NCBI GenBank assembly: GCA_950097015.1
Contig: CATNEN010000024.1
Span: 1,488,001-1,552,000, forward strand
DNA from: Macrostomum hystrix
Lineage: Eukaryota > Animalia > Platyhelminthes
DNA length: 64,000 nt
Reading direction: 5' to 3'
Position numbers and translations under genes: made by a program. The notes under the pieces are model-generated. The model was given only the letters and a program-made list of their open reading frames with translations, had not been told where the DNA came from and did no database searches. Positions 12,311 to 23,336 of the stretch are shown piece after piece; the first letter of the stretch is position 1; the number at the start of each line of letters is the position of its first letter.

Positions 12311-14824
12311 TCAGTCAGCGTGTCCATTGCACTGCGCAGAGTACATGCCATTAACAAGCCTATCGGTGTCTGAGCCGCCACGTTGCTTTAACAGTTTAAG
12401 CAGCCTCAGCTTTCGACGCACTAGCTTGGCCTCCTTACGGCGCCTCTTGGCGTCTCCGCTGCTACAAGCCTCGTCGCCGGGCTCGGCAGCGGGCTGACGA
12501 ATGAGCGGCTGCTGCAGCGAACAACGAGAGTTGGATAGAACTAATTTACTGGCCTTTCTAATTGGATATACACAGCTAAATATGGATAACTTGGATACCT
12601 TGTCAGTTGCGTCATATATTTGGGAAGAACCTTCCGACGACAAGCTGCCATTCGCTTTCCGCTTTTTGCTGGCTGATTCTCCGTTAGGTAGCCGCAGATG
12701 GTCAGGGGACTCGGGGCTCAGCTCCGGCAGTTGCGGGACTGCGACGCTCCATGGCAACGGTTCGGGCCGCATAGGCCTGGCGGACATCAGCTGGCGCAGC
12801 TCTTTATTAGGTCTGGAACGCGATTGGCTAGACGGAGCAACGCTTTTGGTTGCCATGGTAACAGCTGGCGAAGGAGACAATTTGGATTTAGCATTTTCAT
12901 TGACTTCCGTTGCCGTGGCAACACTTGACGAATGGAAGAACTTAGAATTAGCATTCTTCTTAATTTCCATAGCCGTAGCGACAGCAGATGAATGAGATAA
13001 TTCGGATTTGGCTTTCTTATGACCTCCTATTTCCGTGGCAACGGACGGCGCGTGCAAAATATTTGGATTAACACTCTTCTGAACCTCATTCGCTTTAGGA
13101 ACAGTCGATTGAAGATTGGCAGTGGTTGGGTTTACTTTACTGGTTGTCAAAGCAGCGTGCGCCGCTTCTTTGGCTTTCTCACCATTCTGGCCTACAGTTG
13201 ACGCGGCAACGGTGTGCGCAGACTTTAGCGGTTGGCGATGAAAGCCAGTCTGGCTTGACTCGACAGTTGTCCCGACAGCCGTGTCAACAGGTGACAAGTG
13301 GTGCTTAGCAACAAACTTGGCGAGAGCGGAGAATGTCGATTTACCAGTCGAGTTAGCCGACGCCGGTTCAACAACAGAGCTGGCCGGCAGCTTGGCAGGA
13401 GAGGAGGCGGCGGACTCAGCGTTAGGGCCAATCAGCGGACTCAGATCAGTGCGCTTGTACAGCAGAATGTAGGGGCAGGACTGCAGCACCCGAGATTCGG
13501 TGATGCGATCAACGCATGAGTCGTTAAGAGACCACCAATCTCTGCCCCGCCTGGCGTAGCAATAATAGTGACCGAATTTGGTGCTGGAGCCCTGGTGAAT
13601 CACGACAGCGTACAGTTCGTACAGTACAGGTCTGCCCGGCTTGGACATGTAGGGCCGGATGTCTATGCTTAGTGGGAACTGCACAAATTTGCTGATCTTG
13701 TTGCTGTGACCCCACTGGAAACGGTTGAGCTGCACAGTTAAAATCGGCGGCCCAGAGGCGATGCTGAAGCTTTTCTTGGCCGTCACCTTGGCGCGGCACT
13801 TGTCGCATTTGTAGGCATTGGAGTCTTTTAGCAGATCCGGGGAGACAAATTTGCGCAGACAGTCGGCCAGGCTAGAGCTAAACTGAATGCACAGGCTCAG
13901 GTCCATGAAGTCTTCGAATGTGCGCGACTCCGTGCCGCATCTGGTGCACACAACCGAAGATTTCAGCCTGCCGCCGAACAAGACCCGGATGGCATTAGAG
14001 GCCAACTTAGGACCGCCGCGTCCTCTGCTGCCGCCGCAGTTGCCCTCCATATAGTCTAGTAGGCATCTGAGAAATTCGTGCGCATCCTCCTGACGATTGC
14101 TGCGAAGGGTCGGTGAAACTGTTGTCACGCGGGCCATGAAGGCGCGTGGGTAGGCCGGCCCGCCGCCGGTAGCTCTCTGGGCGTAGGCGCCGAACTCGCA
14201 AATGGCGCACCAACGACCGCCGAAATTCTGCTGATGATGCCGCTGCTGATTGTTAAAGTGACTGCGCTGAGCCGGCTGCAGCAGGGATTGCCGGCAGGTG
14301 GATGCTGCTCGGTGTTGGCAAGCGAAATTAGCAAACGGTGCCGTGTGCAGCAGCGCCTGCAGCACGGAGATCATATAGCAATAGTTGCCCTCGTTAACAA
14401 AGCCATACGGCTGCCCAGTGTAGGACCTGTCAAGTTGCACATCGGAGAAGGAAAACTGCGCCGGCTGCTTGACAACAGCGGAAACTGGCCGGGACTGCTG
14501 CGGCTGTTGAGCAGACTCAAGCTTTGCCTCGCTGGCAACAGACACATTGTTGCCATTCAGCAATACCTGATGATGCGCTGCTACTGGGGCTGTAGTCAGG
14601 ATAGTGGCGCCCAACAGTTTTAACTTGTCTAACACTCTGGCATCCCAGTTGCCAGGTGAAGGGACAAACTCCAGCCGCTGTTCAAGTAGGTGGCCAATTA
14701 GGGGATTTCGAACCAGCCGGCTTGCTTTTTGGCCGCCGCCATTGCAGCCAGATTTGCGCAGCGAGTCCCGCACAGCCGTTAGTAGGCATGCGCCACCCTC
14801 ACTAGACTGATTGCCTAACTGTAG
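12311..14824 (-). CDS. USP36: Ubiquitin-specific protease, USP36/USP42 family (large terminal exon; start codon not located)
   Basis: Cys box GFVNEGNYCYMISVLQAL, QEDAHEFLRCLLD, His box YELYAVVIHQGSSTKFGHYYCYAR and WWSLNDS. N-terminal LLEQRLEF resembles USP36 LLQKIEF, and there is a basic C-terminal tail (KRRRKEAKLVRRK). The frame stays open up to a TTCACTGCAG acceptor at 14826-14825. Confidence 0.85.
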   Translation of the reverse strand, partial: LQLGNQSSEGGACLLTAVRDSLRKSGCNGGGQKASRLVRNPLIGHLLEQRLEFVPSPGNWDARVLDKLKLLGATILTTAPVAAHHQVLLNGNNVSVASEAKLESAQQPQQSRPVSAVVKQPAQFSFSDVQLDRSYTGQPYGFVNEGNYCYMISVLQALLHTAPFANFACQHRAASTCRQSLLQPAQRSHFNNQQRHHQQNFGGRWCAICEFGAYAQRATGGGPAYPRAFMARVTTVSPTLRSNRQEDAHEFLRCLLDYMEGNCGGSRGRGGPKLASNAIRVLFGGRLKSSVVCTRCGTESRTFEDFMDLSLCIQFSSSLADCLRKFVSPDLLKDSNAYKCDKCRAKVTAKKSFSIASGPPILTVQLNRFQWGHSNKISKFVQFPLSIDIRPYMSKPGRPVLYELYAVVIHQGSSTKFGHYYCYARRGRDWWSLNDSCVDRITESRVLQSCPYILLYKRTDLSPLIGPNAESAASSPAKLPASSVVEPASANSTGKSTFSALAKFVAKHHLSPVDTAVGTTVESSQTGFHRQPLKSAHTVAASTVGQNGEKAKEAAHAALTTSKVNPTTANLQSTVPKANEVQKSVNPNILHAPSVATEIGGHKKAKSELSHSSAVATAMEIKKNANSKFFHSSSVATATEVNENAKSKLSPSPAVTMATKSVAPSSQSRSRPNKELRQLMSARPMRPEPLPWSVAVPQLPELSPESPDHLRLPNGESASKKRKANGSLSSEGSSQIYDATDKVSKLSIFSCVYPIRKASKLVLSNSRCSLQQPLIRQPAAEPGDEACSSGDAKRRRKEAKLVRRKLRLLKLLKQRGGSDTDRLVNGMYSAQCNGHAD

Positions 14825-15549
14825 CTGCAGTGAATATAGTAGGTTAACGCAATCAGCTTATGAGCCATATAACAATTCTATAAAAAAAGACTTAAACTAC
14901 TTGCCTTAATTGGTATAGTGGCACGTAAGAACAAACATAATTTATAAATAATCACTAGCTTAACAGATATAGATACACGCTTGTAGCTAATTCAAAGCCC
15001 TATAAAACAACTATATTGTCTGCTGCCTGCTCCCTCATAAGAAATACTTATATTTATACATTTATACATTCTGCAGTCATCAAATTTACTAAAAATATAA
15101 CCAATCTTCTCTGGGAAATATAACTTAGGTATCTCTAATTGTTTACTTTCCAAACTCAGTCCACCTGTGTGGCAAAAAATAGGACTAATTCAGAATTTTG
15201 GGCAAAAATTGGCATAGAATATAAACAACATGTATGCTGCAAGTCACGAAAGCTAAACAAAATGGTAAGGTTCAAGGTTTTTTTCAGAATTTACCAATGC
15301 CAGTATAATAATACTCTTTCTCTCTGGTCTGCTCCTCAGTCGATCATTTCTAGCTTACTTGCTCAAACCATTGTGGTACAGCTTGCTTTTAACCTTAGTA
15401 CCCTCAAGCTACCCCTACGCGATTCTTCAAGGCATTAAAATAATGAAACAGAGAGAGGTTGTTGTGGACTTCTTTAAAGCAGGAAAGTCAGTTTTGGAGT
15501 GCTTGAGGCACTAACAATACATTTACTAGGACAAATCTTTGTCCAGAAT

Positions 15550-16430
15550 GCAAGTTTATCACATCTTCAATCAACTGCGCTCTGGCCATGATGGCTCAGA
15601 TGGTCACAAGAAGGCATTTACAGGTAACAAGAAAATTTATCCTTCGGAAGGCAGCTATGTCTTTTGAGAGCAATGCCTACATTCATCATATTCATCAAAC
15701 AGAAATAAGGGCAAGATAAATACATATCATCAATCACAGTTTTGGCATATGAAAGTGCTCCAATAGCAGACAGGGCTTTCTGTGGCAATTCAGTACCTGA
15801 ATGTTTAAAGCAGCCCTTCAGTCAAAAGTTTTTAGAGATGCAAAGATCATTCTTTGATAAAAGTCAACAGATTGTGTCTAATTTGAGGATGTGTACTGTG
15901 TGTAAATAAAAATTTGCCAGTGTCTTCTTTGTGGAGGAACGGAACCAAATGTGCCAGAGATGTAAAAAAGACAAGTTTATCCTAAAGGCCTTTAGTGATG
16001 CCAACACAAACCCATGCTGTCATGTGATGCTCACAAATAATTTATCTGTTTCTAAAAGTTTGGTAAATGGATCTACTGGAACTATTCGTGCTTTGCTCAT
16101 GGTACAAAGCCCTCAAGTCTTCCTTCATTAGTGTGGGTTGAATTTGACAAGTACTGTGGTCCAGTAATGGATAATTTTAAAAGTGCAGAGGAACAGGAGC
16201 AAGAATGGTGACATTTTCCAATATTGCATGCTTTGCAACCCATATCAGAAGATAACAGTGTCAAGTATTCAACAGTTGCCATTGAAGCTGGCATGGGCAG
16301 TCACAGTAGATAAATTGCAAGGACTTAATTTAAACAATATTTTTGTGGACACTTATGGTAGTCCATAATTTGTTTGCACCAGTAAATCCTTATGCCCTAT
16401 TAGGATTAAAATCTGTTTATTTATAAAATT
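15550..16430 (+). pseudogene. Decayed PIF1-family DNA helicase (probably a Helitron-like element remnant)
   Basis: Fragments VMLTNNLSVSKSLVNGSTG, LPSLVWVEFDKYCGP (shifted frame) and QQLPLKLAWAVTVDKLQGLNLNNIFVD match PIF1 C-terminal motifs (QFPL-LAWA-T-HKSQG-TL). Stops and frameshifts interrupt them. Confidence 0.75.
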
Positions 16431-18616
16431 ACATTCTCCTGGTTGTAAATTTCAGTTTTCATACAAAAGCTAATTTCTTTATGTATGAACAGAAAAATTA
16501 AAGCCATTAAAACTAAAGACAAAATGTCAATTTAGGGTTAGACTTTCCTTTCACTTTTCCTAGAAAGAAGAGCTGAAACCAGGTTCAGAGATCAAATTTC
16601 CACTTCTTGTCCATGGTGTACAAGGTTGCCTTATTGTCAAGTTGTTTGCAGGCAGATCAATGATTGCATTTTATGTAACTTTTATATAACCAATGTAATA
16701 AATTCTTCTGGTAGACATTTTCTTTGTGGATTGCTATTTACAGATTTAAATACTGACATGCAATTCTTTTACCTATTGTTACTCATTTGCCAACTGCATT
16801 AATATCTAATTTACCTACATTTCTTTACCTACATAAAATAGTGAACATTAAGTTTGGTGTCATTTTTTTATTCAACTTTAAAATGGATATATTTGTATAA
16901 TATAAGACACAAGTTCTAATTTTGAATTCTAGCTCCAAAGTTGGGGTCACATGGTAAGAAGTAGCTGAAAGCTGCATGTTTTTATTTTATAAAGCTTTAT
17001 ATCTCAGCATATATTGATCCTAAACAGTCCAGAAAGGTATTAAATTGTGGAGAACATATAGTTTTATAAATATTTGCATTCCAAATGCATTTCAGCTTCA
17101 TTCATTCATTATTCAATTTAATAAGTCAAAATTTTAAAGACGCCATCTGCTGGCCCTTCATCTGCAACACCAAAGCACCAAAAATGAGGTGCAGTAAAGC
17201 TAAAGTGTTCAATAAAGGAGGTGATTGACCTTGAAAAGCAGCTGGCCAGTGAGTATGCTTCAGTTGATCATTGGGGTGATGGAGTTCTGGATTGCCTCCG
17301 CTACAGTCATAAGCCACTTGATGAACAACAGAAGTGAAATCTGCTGAGGTGCATCTCAGCTCTGGATAAAACAGCTAAACAGCTATTTAAGTCCCACAAT
17401 TGAGAAATGATCAGTGGTGAATCTCAGTACAAACGATTCATTGAAGCTGACTTTGAGCCAGGCCTACCTGTTCCTGACTATGTGACTCAAACTCCTGTAC
17501 TGCAGCCTACTGCTTTGCTGTCAACAGAAGAGCAGCATGGTGTTGAAGCTTCCCTCTGAGAAGAGATTCTTGTCTTGAAGCAGGAACAGACCAAGTTCTA
17601 CCTGCAGTTACAGCTTGTGACGAATGTGTCTGCCAACTCCAATGAAAGCTGCAGATCAGCCACAAGCAAAGTACATAAATCAGCGGTTTAATTGGCTGAA
17701 AGAGCACCTTCACAACTTGCGATTTGAAGTGCAAATGTAGGCTACGACCATCTGGCAGCTTTGAATGCAGGCAAAGTATAAGAGCTGTCAAGGCTGCGCA
17801 ACTAAAGAGACCAAGAAAATCATTTCGGACCTTTGGTGAAAAGTTTGAGTTCTGCACAGCTAGCTCAATGATGCTTATGAGTGGCTGGATGAGGACTTCA
17901 TGTTCAAGGTCTTGACAATGGATGCTAGGCCAAAAGGTGGACTGCGGTACTCCATGTTGTGTTTTTATGTGCTTTATGTTTTTATGTATATCATTGGCAC
18001 TTATTATTGGCACTGTTAAATCATTGCATTATGGTAGCATTGGATGACTATCCTGGAAAGGAATACAAGTACAACCAATATGTAAACTTCATGAGAAAGG
18101 ATCTGTACATTCTTTCAAGACCTGACGAGAATCTGAGTCATCAGAGTCAGAGGATGAAGTTGAAGAGGAGTACAATTCTGATGGCCATGATTAATAATAT
18201 TGACATTAAATCGTGAACCTCTCACTAAACTGGAATACTGGGAATACACACTTGTTTATAATCAATCAGTGCTTTATTAGACTGTTCAAACTGATCATAT
18301 GCCAATGCATTAAAGGTAAAGAATAATGCATATGTAATAGGCATTATTTCGTATGATACTGTATCTATGCTTATTTCTAGGAAAATGTATAAATTAATTG
18401 TTTGTTTAAATCCGAAACATTGTTTCATGAATTCTCTACCACCTCAATTTTATGCTATAAATATATGCGAGCTACAAGGGAGAGAATTAACTTTGGGACT
18501 TAAAACCAAGTTCAAGAATAAAACTTGCTGAATGTATGCATATTGAGTTCTTTGAGTTAAAACTGTTATAAGAGGAAATAGCATTGAAACTACATAAATT
18601 GTATTGAAGGATAGTA

Positions 18617-19334
18617 GACGATTTTCCTCTTTCGTTCGCTAAATTATTTTTTCGATTTGAATCGGTGCGTAGACGCGAAAAAGTGACGTTGCAGCATTTG
18701 AAATTGTGCCTATTGAAAAAATGATGTGGCAGTAGTGGAAAGGACATGGGGTTGCTGCTGACACATGTCTATGGCACTACTCACCTACTCGGTTCGTGGC
18801 GGAGTATAGGCAGCAGCTTGCACTCGCTCCTTGCTCCCCTTCCCACTCTCGCATGAGCTTTGACTTATCGCATTGAGTCTTCACTTGTTAAATTTTATTA
18901 AATTTTACTCGAACTGCAACATGGCTGGGCGCCCAGTGGCACCTACATTCATCGTCCCTCCTGGACAACTGCGTCCCTCGCTGGAGCTGTGCGACATAAA
19001 CTTTACGATGCGGGAGCTGGCCAACATCACCCAGACGCCTAGAGACTGCATCAACTGGATGGCAACCTTCCATCTCCAGTTGAACCATATTGGACTTTGT
19101 GAGACTCTCTGTATGCCAGAGCAAGCTACGGGACACAGTGCCCTATTGTTGTCATTTACTGTCGTTACATGTCGTTTACCATTACCATTTGTCTTTAGTT
19201 AAACAACTCCATCCAACTTTCCGAGAAAAATTTAAGTCCCAGCATCCCATTACTGTCATTTTCTGACATTACTCAGTAGTCACAACTTGTTTCTGTCGAA
19301 AAAATAATTTAATGAACGAAAGAGGAAAATTGCC
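18617..19334 (+). mobile_element. Non-autonomous Merlin/IS1595(ISXO2)-like DNA transposon, 718 bp
   Basis: 39-bp imperfect TIRs (18617-18655 and 19296-19334, 35/39 identical) and an exact 8-bp TSD GGATAGTA (18609-18616, 19335-19342). An internal ORF from ATG 18921 contains MRELANITQTPRDCINWM...LCETLC, resembling Merlin transposase N-termini. The superfamily call is inferred from the TSD length and this motif. Confidence 0.8.
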
Positions 19335-21149
19335 GGATAGTATATTACTAAGACAATAGCATGAAGCCAGTTTTGGACCGAAAATAATATGTGTATGACT
19401 GGTACCCTCCAATCCATTGGAGCCTTTTAAAGACTGGTTATAACAAATAATATTAAAGAGTATTTCTATACAGTTTGGGAGTTAAAGTGTCTTACTGCTC
19501 AGGCACTTGTGATTTGCTACCACAGTTATTGAATATACATATATATACTTAAAGTGTTATTTACTTCCCTATAATTGGGTAAATTTAAATATAACGAAAG
19601 TTGACTATTAACTAAGCATTTTTGCAGTGGATAAATAGGCCTATAACTAAGTAATTTTAGGAGGAAGGAGCCCTACGACAGTTAGGCCTACCCTAACCTT
19701 ATACCCATAATGTTTGATGAGCTATGTCATAACATACGGCACAACTTAGCACTTCAAAACTGTTTCTATTCTAATTGTCTTCCTATTTAATAAATTCTGA
19801 TGATTTTATATGATTCAAATGGGAAAATAAAACAAGAATAAATAATTTCGCACAATAAAACAAGAAATAATAATAATAAAGGAATATCTCATTGCGACAT
19901 CCCTTTCAATTATGAATAGAAAAATCTATTTCTGGCTCCTAGAGTACTACAATAGACCTAGACTGAAAGTCTGAAATAAACAAACCAATTATTGTCACTT
20001 TGTTTTGTTTCGTTTCGTTTCGTTTCCATTAATTTCTAAATAATATAAAATAAGCCCTCCTAATACGACGTCACGTCACGTCATGTCACGTTAGTCGGAG
20101 TCAGTCATTTTACCTGACATTGAAATAATCGTCGCGGTTTACAAATGAAGCCTCTCTCGGTCAGAATCTGAACGCACCCTCGTGACACATTTCGTGATTT
20201 AAAATAAGAAAAGCTTTTCCTTGTTTTTTTTAACAAAAGCTTTTTAACCCAGCAATTTATATGCTTTGCCGTTCATTAAACTATATTCACCTCAAAATTA
20301 TCACATAATTTCATAATTGCTTACTAGTAAATTTTAAACTGACTCGCAAAACGTTATTTTCACATTTAAACTTTACAACTTTGCTATTATTAAGCAAGGC
20401 CTGGTTTTACACGTATGTAAGTGCTTCCCTTTACGTCCATTTAGAAAAAGTAAAAATCTTACCATGATGAAGTTGATTTCACGAATAAATAATGTCAGTC
20501 TATTATGTACCGCATAATACAACGAAAATACCACATTATGGACAGAATAAAACTATTTAATGCTATACTAATACTAATTTAACATTATACGTGACAATTT
20601 ATACTCAGGGAGTATTAAGTAGCACCTGGGAGTATTTAGAGGCTGTTACTGTTCGAATCGATCGCTTTCACTTGCAACACAGACTAATATCATTGAGAGA
20701 AGACTGTCGAGAGAATGGACGAGAGCATAAAAACTGCCAGATTGCATGGAGACGTGATCAGGAGAAATTGACAGTGCAGGGCCTTGGACTGAAGAGTTGA
20801 ATAAATGGAAGCAAAACTTGCTATCTTCTCAATGCATTTTTTGCTTATAATCTGTCTTTAACTACATGTATTTTTTCAACGAACCGAGAGTCTTGTGTCG
20901 TTATACTTGAATTGCCCTTGCATGATATAATTAATTATACATTCTAGAAGCATTTCGGGTGATTTTATTGAATAAATGTATGTGCGTGGCAGCAGTACAG
21001 CCGGCATATACTGTAGAACCGAATACGAACATGTAAATATGTGTGACAGCGCAATTACAACTGTACATTTACGTGAAGTTATAGGGCATATTATTACAGT
21101 AATATTATTTCTAATTAATAATTCATAATTGATTACACTTGCCCCTATT

Positions 21150-21407
21150 TGGCCTGATAAGCAGCCGACAGCACAGCCGCAGCTTTTACGCAACGCATCT
21201 GAAGGCTGCGAACGGCTGTTCAGTCCAGAAGGACGCCTCACCCAACCCTCTCAACTAATGATGGTACCCATTTAACAGTGAACTGAAGCGATGCAGAGTT
21301 AAGCGACTTTCTTAAGAACAGAAATTGGTCAGTGGAGTCGCGAATCGAACCCCCGATCTTCAAGTCGTGAATCCGATCGACGCTCTAACCACAAGCCTAC
21401 AACCTCC
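21150..21407 (-). mobile_element. tRNA-derived SINE copy (degenerate)
   Basis: The minus strand has an A-box-like TGTGGTTAGAGC (21393-21382) and a B-box GGTTCGATTC (21351-21342). These are followed by TGTTCTTAAGAAAGTCGCTTAAC...TAAATGGGTACC, which resembles the conserved central body of invertebrate SINEs. No full tRNA cloverleaf is seen. The 3' boundary is approximate. Confidence 0.55.
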
Positions 21408-21910
21408 TTGTAGAGAAGGGAGTAATTGCACTATTTGTAAGCGCCAATTGTTTTAGGCGATGGCAAAGCGTCCCATGACCATTAGCGCCTTGATCATTTA
21501 AAAGCAGGCCAATTCAGATTGATTGCAATGGCATCTTCTCTCTGCAGATGCCAGTAAATATTATATTATTTCAACTTGAATTCGGAAATAAACGAAAGGT
21601 CATTCTGTATCGTATGCAGCTTAGGGCCATGTAGTGACTAAACTTATAGTGACTATTCGAAGTTTATTTATGATTTACAATCGATTGGAACTGATTTGCA
21701 GTCACGTATATAGCTCGTACGATTATAGACAAACAAGCAGCAGCCTATCAGTTGGTTGTGGAGCTATGCCACTATTGAAATGTAAGCCTAGGCTTGTTCT
21801 TTAGTGGGCACTGATAAACAGAGAGCATCTAGCTAGATATACCCCTCAAGAGAGCATCAAGGCATATTAGAGTGGAACGGGGTCAGTGCGCGTGCAGAAG
21901 CGTTTGCAGC

Positions 21911-22006
21911 GAGTGACGTCACTCTTCGGCTATCCAATAAGCCTCTTGCATTGGGCGCAGCAGGCAAAACTTTCTACTGGGCCAAAGCTAGAAAAAGTTT
22001 TATAAG
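21911..22006 (+). promoter_or_regulatory. Candidate proximal promoter of the serine protease: CRE palindrome, CCAAT and TATA-like elements
   Basis: Perfect 14-bp palindrome GAGTGACGTCACTC (21911-21924) containing the CRE TGACGTCA, CCAAT at 21934 and TTTATAAG at 21999-22006, all 80-175 nt upstream of ATG 22086. Confidence 0.5.
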
Positions 22007-22085
22007 CGGTAGTCCGCCACATCCATCGCTGGTTCGTAACTGCAATCCCCACTGACAAATTCTACATCGCTAACACATAGACCGC

Positions 22086-23336
22086 ATGGAAACTGCTGCA
22101 TTTTCACCAGCAGCTTCGCGGCTGCCCAGACTGTGCGCAGCGTTTGCTCTAGTCTGCTGCGGCTTTCTGATTGGAATGGCTGACAGCTCTGACGCATTCG
22201 ACCCTTATGTAACCTACGGGCCGTGGAACGCCTGGGGCTTCTGCACCAGCGACTGCAAGCAGTACAGGCGCCGATCCTGCAAATCCAGGAACTTCCTCTG
22301 GCCGTGCAAAGATGTCTTTCAACAGCAGAGCTGCTCCATTGGGAACTGTATTGAAACAGACCTGCGAACTCTGGACTGCGGCAGGAGGCGCACTTTGCAG
22401 CCGGTTGTCCAACGGATCTTCGGTGGTGTTGAATCCCAGCCGCACAGTTGGCCCTGGCATGTAAGCTCGAGTGTTGATGCTTTGAGCATATATATTAGAT
22501 ATATTCGAATCTTCAGTCGTATAATTTGGTCAATAGGAGATATTATAGAAGCATATAAAGTACAGCAATTCCTTACCCGACGTACAATCCCGTAGGTTAG
22601 CCTCGTGCGCAGTCGACATCGGCCACAGCAGTTCTGCGGCGGCACCCTGATTCATCCGCAATTCGTGTTGACTGCGCGCCACTGTGTAGTCGGCAACAAC
22701 AGGTACGCGCGTCAGCTGTTCGCCCTTGTCGGCGACCACGACACCCGAGTCAAGCATCCGAACGAGCGTCTCCACCGCGTGGAGAAGATTCGCACACATC
22801 CGAGCATTCATGCCGGCAATCTAGAGTTTGACGTGGCCCTGCTGAAGCTCGAGGAGCCGGTGACGCTCAGCGAGCACGTCCGACTGGCTTGTCTGTCACC
22901 TCCAGACCACCAGATGGCCAGCGTCCCAGTTAACACCATGTGTACCGCCATCGGCTTTGGTCGTCAAGGCCGAAGCATTGCCGATGGGCCGATGTCGCCG
23001 ACACTGCGCGAGGTCTATCTCTACCTGACTGACAACAGGAAGTGCGAAGAAGAGTATACAAGGACTAGCGTGAGCATCAACCCGCAAAGTCACGTATGCG
23101 CCTCAGCCGTTGGCAGGGATACCTGCTCAGGCGACAGCGGCGGTGGCCTGTTCTGCTCCTTCTATCCAACGACTCCTTCCGTGGGCGTGGAGCGCTGGTA
23201 CCTGTACGGCATCACCAGCTTCGGGCATCCGCGCGGCTGCGGTTATCACAGCGGTGTCTTCCAGCGAGCCAGCGTCCTGTTTGACTGGGTTCAGAGCTCC
23301 ATCAATGCCGATCTGCGAGACCGACGACGAGTCTGA
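22086..23336 (+). CDS. Secreted trypsin-like serine protease with an N-terminal TSP1 domain (exons 22086-22460, 22596-23336; 371 aa)
   Basis: Hydrophobic signal segment, TSP1-like YGPWNAWGFCTSDCKQYRRRSC and activation site R-IFGG. Catalytic triad LTARHC / FDVALL / GDSGG, with S1 Asp in RDTCSGDS. Phase-0 intron GTAAGC..CCCGTAG. Confidence 0.93.

Noticed and set aside
21328-21407. Functional tRNA gene
   Set aside because: No complete acceptor stem or cloverleaf, and it runs into a SINE-like body.
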